The notes under the pieces were generated by a model. The model had not been told where the DNA came from. It saw nothing but the letters and a program-made list of their open reading frames with translations, and searched no databases. From Eledone cirrhosa (lineage: Eukaryota), in NCBI GenBank assembly GCA_964016885.1, contig OZ024742.1:367784001-367848000 (forward strand): a stretch of 64,000 nucleotides of DNA. Reading direction: 5' to 3'. Position 1 is the stretch's first letter; each line of letters opens with the position of its first letter. Positions 22,270 through 34,200 of this stretch are shown piece after piece. The position numbers and the translations under genes were made by a program.

Positions 22270-25200
22270 CAGTCCACCAGATCTAGCTGAACTGTCTTCT
22301 GACAATACCAGCTCCGGTGTGTCTTAATGCAGTCTCCTATGTCTGGTCAGTCCACCAGATCTAGCTGAACTGTCTTCTGACAATACCAACTCCGGTGTGT
22401 CTTAATGCAGTCTCCAATGTCTGGTCAGTCCACCAGATCTAGCTGTACTGTCTTCTGACAATACCAGCTCCGGTGTGTCTTTATACAGTCTCCTATGTCT
22501 GGTCAGTCCACCAGATCTAGCTGAACTGTCTTCTGACAATACCAACTCCGGTGTGTCTTAATGCAGTCTCCAATGTCTGGTCAGTCCACCAGATCTAGCT
22601 GAACTGTCTTCTGACAATACCTGCTCCGGTGTGTCTTAATGCAGTCTCCAATGTCTGGTCAGTCCACCAGATCTAGCTGAACTGTCTTCTGACAATACCA
22701 GTTCCGGCGTGTCTTAAGGCAGTCTCCAATGTCTGGTCAGTCCACCAGATCTAGCTGAACTGTCTTCTGACAATACCAGCTCCGGTGTGTCTTAATGCAG
22801 TCTCCAATGTCTGGTCAGTCCACCAGATCTAGCTGAACTGTCTTCTGACAATACCAGTTCCGGCGTGTCTTAAGGCAGTCTCCAATGTCTGGTCAGTCCA
22901 CCAGATCTAGCTGAACTGTCTTCTGACAATACCAGCTCCGGTGTGTCTTAATGCAGTCTCCAATGTCTGGTCAGTCCACCAGATCTAGCTGAACTGTCTT
23001 CTGACAATACCAGTTCCGGCGTGTCTTAATGCAGTCTCCAATGTCTGGTCAGTCCACCAGATCTAGCTGAACTGTCTTCTGACAATACCAGCTCCGGTGT
23101 GTCTTAATGCAGTCTCCAATGTCTGGTCAGTCCACCAGATCTAGCTGAACTGTCTTCTGACAATACCAGTTCCGGCGTGTCTTAATGCAGTCTCCAATGT
23201 CTGGTCAGTCCACCAGATCTAGCTGAACTGTCTTCTGACAATACCAGCTCCGGTGTGTCTTAATGCAGTCTCCAATGTCTGGTCAGTCCACCAGATCTAG
23301 CTGAACTGTCTTCTGACAATACCAGCTCCGGTGTGTCTTAATGCAGTCTCCAATGTCTGGTCAGTCCACCAGATCTAGCTGAACTGTCTTCTGACAATAC
23401 CAGTTCCGGCGTGTCTTAATGCAGTCTCCAATGTCTGGTCAGTCCACCAGATCTAGCTGAACTGTCTTCTGACAATACCAGCTCCGGTGTGTCTTAATGC
23501 AGTCTCCAATGTCTGGTCAGTCCAACAGATCTAGCTGAACTGTCTTCTGACAATACCAGCTCCGGTGTGTCTTAATGCAGTCTCCAATGTCTGGTCAGTC
23601 CACCAGATCTAGCTGAACTGTCTTCTGACAATACCAGTTCCGGCGTGTCTTAATGCAGTCTCCAATGTCTGGTCAGTCCACCAGATCTAGCTGAACTGTC
23701 TTCTGACAATACCAGTTCCGGCGTGTCTTAATGCAGTCTTCAATGTCTGGTCAGTTCACCAGATCTAGCTGAACTGTCTTCTGACAATACCAGTTCCGGC
23801 GTGTCTTAATGCAGTCTTCAATGTCTGGTCAGTCCACCAGATCTAGCTGAACTGTCTTCTGACAATACCAACTCCGGTGTGTCTTAATGCAGTCTCCAAT
23901 GTCTGGTCAGTCCACCAGATCTAGCTGAACTGTCTTCTGACAATACCAGCTCCGGTGTGTCTTAATGCAGTCTCCAATGTCTGGTCAGTCCACCAGATCT
24001 AGCTGAACTGTCTTCTGACAATACCAGCTCCGGTGTGTCTTAATGCAGTCTCCAATGTCTGGTCAGGCCAACAGATCTAGCTGAACTGTCTTCTGACAAT
24101 ACCAGCTCCGGTGTGTCTTTATAAAGTCTCCTATGTCTGGTCAGTCCACCAGATCTAGCTGAACTGTCTTCTGACAATACCAGCTCCGGTGTGTCTTAAT
24201 GCAGTCTCCAATGTCTGGTCAGTCCACCAGATCTAGCTGAACTGTCTTCTGATAATACCAGCTCCGGTGTTTCTTAATGCTGTCTCCCATGTCTGGTCAG
24301 TCCAACAGATCTAGCTGGTCTGTCTTCTGACAATACCAGCTCCGGTGTGTCTTAATGCAGTCTCCAATGTCTGGTCAGTCCACCAGATCTAGCTGAACTG
24401 TCTTCTGACATTACCAGCTCCGGTGTGTCTTAATACAGTCTCCAATGTCTGGTCAGTCCACCAGATCTAGCTGAACTGTCATCTGACAATACCAGCTCCG
24501 GCGTGTCTTAATGCAGTCTCCAATGTCTGGTCAGTCCACCAGATCTAGCTGAACTGTCTTCTGACAATACCAGCTCCGATGTGTCTTAATGCAGTCTCCA
24601 ATGTCTTGTCAGTCCAACAGATCTAGCTGAACTGTCTTCTGACAATACCAGCTCCGGTGTGTCTTAATGCAGTCTCCAATGTCTGGTCAGTTCACCAGAT
24701 CTAGCTGAACTGTCTTCTGACAATACCAGCTCCGGTGTGTCTTAATGCAGTCTCCAATGTCTGGTCAGTTCACCAGATCTAGCTGAACTGTCTTCTGACA
24801 ATACCAACTCCGGTGTGTCTTAATGCAGTCTCCCATGTCTGGGCAGTCCAACAGATCTAGCTGAACTGTCTTCTGACAATACCAACTCCGGTGTGTCTTA
24901 ATGCAGTCTCCAATGTCTGGGCAGTCCACCAGATCTAGCTGAACTGTCTTCTGACAATACCAGCTCCGGTGTGTCTTAATGCAGTCTCCAATGTCTGGTC
25001 AGTCCAGCAGATCTAGCTGAACTGTCTTCTGACAATACCAGCTCCGGTGTGTCTTAATGCAGTCTCCCATGTCTGGTCAGTCCACCAGATCTAGCTGAAC
25101 TGTCTTCTGACAATACCAGCTCCGGTGTGTCTTAATGCAGTCTCCCATGTCTGGTCAGTCCACCAGATCTAGCTGAACTGTCTTCTGACAATACCAGCTC

Positions 25201-28200
25201 CGGTGTGTCTTAATACAGTCTCCAATGTCTGGCCAGTCCACCAGATCTAGCTGAACTGTCTTCTGACAATACCAGCTCCGGTGTGTCTTAATACAGTCTC
25301 CAATGTCTGGCCAGTCCACCAGATCTAGCTGAACTGTCTTCTGACAATACCAGCTCCGGTGTGTCTTAATACAGTCTCCAATGTCTGGTCAGTCCACCAG
25401 ATCTAGCTGAACTGTCTTCTGACAATACCAGCTCCGGTGTGTCTTAATCCAGTCTCCAATGTCTGGTCAGTCCACCAGATCTAGCTGAACTGTCTTCTGA
25501 CAATACCAGCTCCGGTGTGTCTTAATGCAGTCTCCCATGTCTGGTCAGTCCACCAGATCTAGCTGAACTGTCTTCTGACAATACCAGCTCCGGCGTGTCT
25601 TAATGCAGTCTCCAATGTCTGGTCAGTCCACCAGATCTAGCTGAACTGTCTTCTGACAATACCAGCTCCGGTGTGTCTTAATGCAGTCTCCAATGTCTTG
25701 TCAGTCCAACAGATCTAGCTGAACTGTCTTCTGACAATACCAGCTCCGGTGTGTCTTTATACAGTCTCCTATGTCTGGTCAGTCCAACAGATCTAGCTGA
25801 ACTGTCTTCTGACAATACCAGCTCCGGTGTGTCTTAATACAGTCTCCAATGTCTGGTCAGTCCACCAGATCTAGCTGAACTGTCTTCTGACAATACCTGC
25901 TCCGGTGTGTCTTAATGCTGTCTCCAATGTCTGGTCAGTCCAACAGATCTAGCTGAACTGTCTTCTGACAATACCAGCTCCGGTGTGTCTTAATGCAGTC
26001 TCCAATGTCTGGTCAGTCCACCAGATCTAGCTGAACTGTCTTCTGACAATACCAGCTCCGGTGTGTCTTAATGCAGTCTCCAATGTCTGGTCAGTTCACC
26101 AGATCTAGCTGAACTGTCTTCTGACAATACCAACTCCGGTGTGTCTTAATGCAGTCTCCCATGTCTGGTCAGTCCAACAGATCTAGCTGAACTGTCTTCT
26201 GACAATACCAACTCCGGTGTGTCTTAATGCAGTCTCCAATGTCTGGTCAGTCCACCAGATCTAGCTGAACTGTCTTCTGACAATACCAGCTCCGGTGTGT
26301 CTTAATGCAGTCTCCAATGTCTGGTCAGTCCACCAGATATAGCTGAACTGTCTTCTGACAATACCAGCTCCGGTATGTCTTAATACAGTCTCCAATGTCT
26401 GGTCAGTCCACCAGATCTAGCTGAACTGTCTTCTGACAATACCAGCTCCGGTGTGTCTTAATGCAGTCTCCCATGTCTGGTCAGTCCACCAGATTTAGCT
26501 GAACTGTCTTCTGACAATACCAGCTCCGGTGTGTCTTAATGCAGTCTCCAATGTCTGGTCAGTCCACCAGATCTAGCTGAACTGTCTTCTGACAATACCA
26601 GCTCCGGTGTGTCTTTATACAGTCTCCTATGTCTGGTCAGTCCAACAGATCTAGCTGAACTGTCTTCTGACAATACCAGCTCCGGTGTGTCTTAATACAG
26701 TCTCCAATGTCTGGTCAGTCCACCAGATCTAGCTGAACTGTCTTCTGACAATACCAGCTCCGGTGTGTCTTAATGCAGTCTCCAATGTCTGGTCAGTTCA
26801 CCAGATCTAGCTGAACTGTCTTCTGACAATACCAACTCCGGTGTGTCTTAATGCAGTCTCCCATGTCTGGTCAGTCCAACAGATCTAGCTGAACTGTCTT
26901 CTGACAATACCAACTCCGGTGTGTCTTAATCCAGTCTCCAATGTCTGGTCAGTTCACCAGATCTAGCTGAACTGTCTTCTGACAATACCTGCTCCGGTGT
27001 GTCTTAATGCAGTCTCCCATGTCTGGTCAGTCCACCAGATCTAGCTGAACTGTCTTCTGACAATACCAGCTCCGGTGTGTCTTAATGCAGTCTCCCATGT
27101 CTGGTCAGTTCACCAGATCTAGCTGAACTGTCTTCTGACAATACCAGCTCCGGTGTGTCTTAATGCTGTCTCCAATGTCTGGTCAGTCCAACAGATCTAG
27201 CTGAACTGTCTTCTGATAATACCAGCTCCGGTGTGTCTTAATGCAGTCTCCAATGTCTGGTCAGTTCACCAGATCTAGCTGAACTGTCTTCTGACAATAC
27301 CTGCTCCGGTGTGTCTTAATGCAGTCTCCAATGTCTGGTCAGTTCACCAGATCTAGCTGAACTGTCTTCTGACAATACCTGCTCCGGTGTGTCTTAATGC
27401 TGTCTCCAATGTCTGGTCAGTCCAACAGATCTAGCTGAACTGTCTTCTGATAATACCAGCTCCGGTGTGTCTTAATGCAGTCTCCAATGTCTGGTCAGTT
27501 CACCAGATCTAGCTGAACTGTCTTCTGACAATACCTGCTCCGGTGTGTCTTAATGCTGTCTCCAATGTCTGGTCAGTCCAACAGATCTAGCTGAACTGTC
27601 TTCTGATAATACCAGCTCCGGTGTGTCTTAATGCAGTCTCCAATGTCTGGTCAGTTCACCAGATCTAGCTGAACTGTCTTCTGACAATACCTGCTCCGGT
27701 GTGTCTTAATGCTGTCTCCAATGTCTGGTCAGTCCAACAGATCTAGCTGAACTGTCTTCTGATAATACCAGCTCCGGTGTGTCTTAATGCAGTCTCCAAT
27801 GTCTGGTCAGTCCACCAGATATAGCTGAACTGTCTTCTGACAATACCAGCTCCGGTATGTCTTAATACAGTCTCCAATGTCTGGTCAGTCCACCAGATCT
27901 AGCTGAACTGTCTTCTGACAATACCAGCTCCGGTGTGTCTTAATGCAGTCTCCCATGTCTGGTCAGTCCACCAGATCTAGCTGAACTGTCTTCTGACAAT
28001 ACCAGCTCCGGTGTGTCTTAATGCAGTCTCCAATGTCTGGTCAGTCCACCAGATCTAGCTGAACTGTCTTCTGACAATACCAGCTCCGGTGTGTCTTTAT
28101 ACAGTCTCCTATGTCTGGTCAGTCCAACAGATCTAGCTGAACTGTCTTCTGACAATACCAACTCCGGTGTGTCTTAATGCAGTCTCCCATGTCTGGTCAG

Positions 28201-31200
28201 TCCAACAGATCTAGCTGAACTGTCTTCTGACAATACCAGCTCCGGTGTGTCTTAATCCAGTCTCCAATGTCTGGTCAGTCCACCAGATCTAGCTGAACTG
28301 TCTTCTGACAATACCAGCTCCGGTGTGTCTTAATGCAGTCTCCAATGTCTGGTCAGTTCACCAGATCTAGCTGAACTGTCTTCTGACAATACCAACTCCG
28401 GTGTGTCTTAATGCAGTCTCCCATGTCTGGTCAGTCCAACAGATCTAGCTGAACTGTCTTCTGACAATACCAACTCCGGTGTGTCTTAATGCAGTCTCCA
28501 ATGTCTGGTCAGTCCACCAGATCTAGCTGAACTGTCTTCTGACAATACCAGCTCAATTGTATCTTAATGCAGTCTCCAATGTCTGGCCAGTCCACCAGAT
28601 CTAGCTGAACTGTCTTCTGACAATACCAGTTCCGGTGTCTTAATGCAGTCTCCAATGTCTTGTCAGTCCAACAGATCTAGCTGAACTGTCTTCTGACAAT
28701 ACCAGCTCCGGTGTGTCTTAATACAGTCTCCAATGTCTGGACAGTCCACCAGATCTAGCTGAACTGTCTTCTGACAATACCAGCTCCGGTGTGTCTTAAT
28801 GCAGTCTCCCATGTCTGGTCAGTCCACCAGATCTAGCTGAACTGTCTTCTGACAATACCAGCTCCGGTGTGTCTTAATGCAGTCTCCAATGTCTGGTCAG
28901 TTCACCAGTTCTAGCTGAACTGTCTTCTGACAATACCAGCTCCGGTGTGTCTTAATGCAGTCTCCCATGTCTGGGCAGTCCAACAGATCTAGCTGAACTG
29001 TCTTCTGACAATACCAGCTCCGGTGTGTCTTAATACAGTCTCCAATGTCTGGTCAGTCCAACAGATCTAGCTGAACTGTCTTCTTACAATACCAGCTCCG
29101 GTGTGTCTTAATACAGTCTCCAATGTCTGGTCAGTCCAACAGATCTAGCTGAACTGTCTTCTGACAATACCAGCTCCGGTGTGTCTTAATCCAGTCTCCA
29201 ATGTCTGGTCAGTCCACCAGATCTAGCTGAACTGTCTTCTGACAATACCAGCTCCGGTGTGTCTTAATGCAGTCTCCAATGTCTGGTCAGTCCACCAGAT
29301 CTAGCTGAACTGTCTTCTGACAATACCAGCTCCGGTGTGTCTTAATGCAGTCTCCAATGTCTGGTCAGTTCACCAGTTCTAGCTGAACTGTCTTCTGACA
29401 ATACCAACTCCGGTGTGTCTTAATGCAGTCTCCCATGTCTGGGCAGTCCAACAGATCTAGCTGAACTGTCTTCTGACAATACCAACTCCGGTGTGTCTTA
29501 ATGCAGTCTCCAATGTCTGGGCAGTCCACCAGATCTAGCTGAACTGTCTTCTGACAATACCAGCTCCGGTGTGTCTTAATGCAGTCTCCAATGTCTAGTC
29601 AGTCCACCAGATCTAGCTGAACTGTCTTCTGATAATACCAGCTCCGGTGTTTCTTAATGCTGTCTCCCATGTCTGGTCAGGCAAACAGATCTAGCTGAAC
29701 TGTCTTCTGACAATACCAGCTCCGGTGTGTCTTAATGCAGTCTCCAATGTCTGGTCAGTCCAGCAGATCTAGCTGAACTGTCTTCTGACAATACCAGCTC
29801 CGGTGTGTCTTAATCCAGTCTCCAATGTCTGGTCAGTCCACCAGATCTAGCTGAACTGTCTTCTGACAATACCAGCTCCGGTGTGTCTTAATGCAGTCTC
29901 CCATGTCTGGTCAGTCCACCAGATCTAGCTGAACTGTCTTCTGACAATACCAGCTCCGGTGTGTCTTAATGCAGTCTCCCATGTCTGGTCAGTCCACCAG
30001 ATCTAGCTGAACTGTCTTCTGACAATACCAGCTCCGGTGTGTCTTAATACAGTCTCCAATGTCTGGCCAGTCCACCAGATCTAGCTGAACTGTCTTCTGA
30101 CAATACCAGCACCGGTGTGTCTTAATACAGTCTCCAATGTCTGGCCAGTCCACCAGATCTAGCTGAACTGTCTTCTGACAATACCAGCTCCGGTGTGTCT
30201 TAATACAGTCTCCAATGTCTGGCCAGTCCACCAGATCTAGCTGAACTGTCTTCTGACAATACCAGCTCCGGTGTGTCTTAATCCAGTCTTCAATGTCTGG
30301 TCAGTCCACCAGATCTAGCTGAACTGTCTTCTGACAATACCAGCTCCGGTGTGTCTTAATGCAGTCTCCCATGTCTGGTCAGTCCACCAGATCTAGCTGA
30401 ACTGTCTTCTGACAATACCAGCTCCGGCGTGTCTTAATGCAGTCTCCAATGTCTGGTCAGTCCACCAGATCTAGCTGAACTGTCTTCTGACAATACCAGC
30501 TCCGGTGTGTCTTAATGCAGTCTCCAATGTCTTGTCAGTCCAACAGATCTAGCTGAACTGTCTTCTGACAATACCAGCTCCGGTGTGTCTTAATACAGTC
30601 TCCAATGTCTGGTCAGTCCACCAGATCTAGCTGAACTGTCTTCTGACAATACCAGCTCCGGTGTGTCTTAATGCAGTCTCCAATGTCTGGTCAGTCCACC
30701 AGATCTAGCTGAACTGTCTTCTGACAATACCACCTCCGGTGTGTCTTAATACAGTCTCCAATGTCTGGTCAGTCCACCAGATCTAGCTGAACTGTCTTCT
30801 GACAATACCAGCTCCGGTGTGTCTTAATGCAGTCTCCAATGTCTTGTCAGTCCAACAGATCTAGCTGAACTGTCTTCTGACAATACCAGCTCCGGTGTGT
30901 CTTAATGCAGTCTCCAATGTCTTGTCAGTCCAACAGATCTAGCTGAACTGTCTTCTGACAATACCAGCTCCGGTGTGTCTTAATACAGTCTCCAATGTCT
31001 GGTCAGTCCACCAGATCTAGCTGAACTGTCTTCTGACAATACCAGCTCCGGTGTGTCTTAATGCAGTCTCCAATGTCTGGTCAGTCCACCAGATCTAGCT
31101 GAACTGTCTTCTGACAATACCAGCTCCGGTGTGTCTTAATGCAGTCTCCAATGTCTTGTCAGTCCAACAGATCTAGCTGAACTGTCTTCTGACAATACCT

Positions 31201-34200
31201 GCTCCGGTGTGTCTTAATACAGTCTCCAATGTCTGGTCAGTCCACCAGATCTAGCTGAACTGTCTTCTGACAATACCAGCTCCGGTGTGTCTTAATGCAG
31301 TCTCCAATGTCTGGTCAGTTCACCAGATCTAGCTGAACTGTCTTCTGACAATACCAACTCCGGTGTGTCTTAATGCAGTCTCCCATGTCTGGTCAGTCCA
31401 ACAGATCTAGCTGAACTGTCTTCTGACAATACCAACTCCGGTGTGTCTTAATGCAGTCTCCAATGTCTGGTCAGTCCACCAGATCTAGCTGAACTGTCTT
31501 CTGACAATACCAGCTCCGGTGTGTCTTAATGCAGTCTCCAATGTCTGGTCAGTCCAGCAGATCTAGCTGAACTGTCTTCTGATAATACCAGCTCCGGTGT
31601 TTCTTAATGCTGTCTCCCATGTCTGGTCAGTCCAACAGATCTAGCTGAACTGTCTTCTGACAATACCAGCTCCGGTGTGTCTTAATGCAGTCTCCAATGT
31701 CTGGTCAGTCCACCAGATATAGCTGAACTGTCTTCTGACAATACCAGCTCCGGTATGTCTTAATACAGTCTCCAATGTCTGGTCAGTCCACCAGATCTAG
31801 CTGAACTGTCTTCTGACAATACCAGCTCCGGTGTGTCTTAATGCAGTCTCCAATGTCTGGTCAGTCCACCAGATCTAGCTGAACTGTCTTCTGACAATAC
31901 CAGCTCCGGTGTGTCTTTATACAGTCTCCTATGTCTGGTCAGACCAACAGATCTAGCTGAACTGTCTTCTGACAATACCAGCTCCGGTGTGTCTTAATAC
32001 AGTCTCCAATGTCTGGTCAGTCCACCAGATCTAGCTGAACTGTCTTCTGACAATACCAGCTCCGGTGTGTCTTAATGCAGTCTCCAATGTCTGGTCAGTC
32101 CACCAGATCTAGCTGAACTGTCTTCTGATAATACCAGCTCCGGTGTGTCTTAATGCAGTCTCCAATGTCTGGTCAGTCCACCAGATCTAGCTGAACTGTC
32201 TTCTGACAATACCAGCTCCGGTGTGTCTTAATGCAGTCTCCAATGTCTGGTCAGTTCACCAGATCTAGCTGAACTGTCTTCTGACAATACCAACTCCGGT
32301 GTGTCTTAATGCAGTCTCCCATGTCTGGTCAGTCCAACAGATCTAGCTGAACTGTCTTCTGACAATACCAACTCCGGTGTGTCTTAATGCAGTCTCCAAT
32401 GTCTGGTCAGTCCACCAGATCTAGCTGAACTGTCTTCTGACAATACCAGCTCCGGTGTGTCTTAATGCAGTCTCCAATGTCTGGTCAGTCCAGCAGATCT
32501 AGCTGAACTGTCTTCTGATAATACCAGCTCCGGTGTTTCTTAATGCTGTCTCCCATGTCTGGTCAGTCCAACAGATCTAGCTGAACTGTCTTCTGACAAT
32601 ACCAGCTCCGGTGTGTCTTAATGCAGTCTCCAATGTCTGGTCAGTCCACCAGATATAGCTGAACTGTCTTCTGACAATACCAGCTCCGGTATGTCTTAAT
32701 ACAGTCTCCAATGTCTGGTCAGTCCACCAGATCTAGCTGAACTGTCTTCTGACAATACCAGCTCCGGTGTGTCTTAATGCAGTCTCCAATGTCTGGTCAG
32801 TCCACCAGATCTAGCTGAACTGTCTTCTGACAATACCAGCTCCGGTGTGTCTTTATACAGTCTCCTATGTCTGGTCAGACCAACAGATCTAGCTGAACTG
32901 TCTTCTGACAATACCAGCTCCGGTGTGTCTTAATACAGTCTCCAATGTCTGGTCAGTCCACCAGATCTAGCTGAACTGTCTTCTGACAATACCAGCTCCG
33001 GTGTGTCTTAATGCAGTCTCCAATGTCTGGTCAGTCCACCAGATCTAGCTGAACTGTCTTCTGACAATACCAGCTCCGGTGTGTCTTAATGCAGTCTCCA
33101 ATGTCTGGTCAGTCCACCAGATCTAGCTGAACTGTCTTCTGACAATACCAGCTCCGGTGTGTCTTTATACAGTCTCCTATGTCTGGTCAGACCAACAGAT
33201 CTAGCTGAACTGTCTTCTGACAATACCAGCTCCGGTGTGTCTTAATACAGTCTCCAATGTCTGGTCAGTCCACCAGATCTAGCTGAACTGTCTTCTGACA
33301 ATACCAGCTCCGGTGTGTCTTAATGCAGTCTCCAATGTCTGGTCAGTCCACCAGATCTAGCTGAACTGTCTTCTGACAATACCAGCTCCGGTGTGTCTTA
33401 ATGCAGTCTCCAATGTCTGGTCAGTCCACCAGATCTAGCTGAACTGTCTTCTGACAATACCAACTCCGGTGTGTCTTAATGCAGTCTCCAATGTCTGGTC
33501 AGTCCAACAGATCTAGCTGAACTGTCTTCTGACAATACCAACTCCGGTGTGTCTTAATGCAGTCTCCAATGTCTGGTCAGTCCAGCAGATCTAGCTGAAC
33601 TGTCTTCTGATAATACCAGCTCCGGTGTTTCTTAATGCTGTCTCCCATGTCTGGTCAGTCCAACAGATCTAGCTGAACTGTCTTCTGACAATACCAGCTC
33701 CGGTGTGTCTTAATGCAGTCTCCAATGTCTGGTCAGTCCACCAGATATAGCTGAACTGTCTTCTGACAATACCAGCTCCGGTATGTCTTAATACAGTCTC
33801 CAATGTCTGGTAAGTCCACCAGATCTAGCTAAACTGTCTTCTGACAATACCAGCTCCGGTGTGTCTTAATGCAGTCTCCCATGTCTGGTCAGTCCACCAG
33901 ATCTAGCTGAACTGTCTTCTGACAATACCAGCTCCGGTGTGTCTTAATGCAGTCTCCAATGTCTGGTCAGTCCACCAGATCTAGCTGAACTGTCTTCTGA
34001 CAATACCAGCTCCGGTGTGTCTTTATACAGTCTCCAATGTCTGGTCAGTCCACCAGATCTAGCCGAACTGTCTTCTGACAATACCAGCTCCGGTGTGTCT
34101 TAATGCAGTCTCCAATGTCTGGTCAGTTCACCAGATCTAGCTGAACTGTCTTCTGACAATACCAACTCCGGTGTGTCTTAATGCAGTCTCCCATGTCTGG

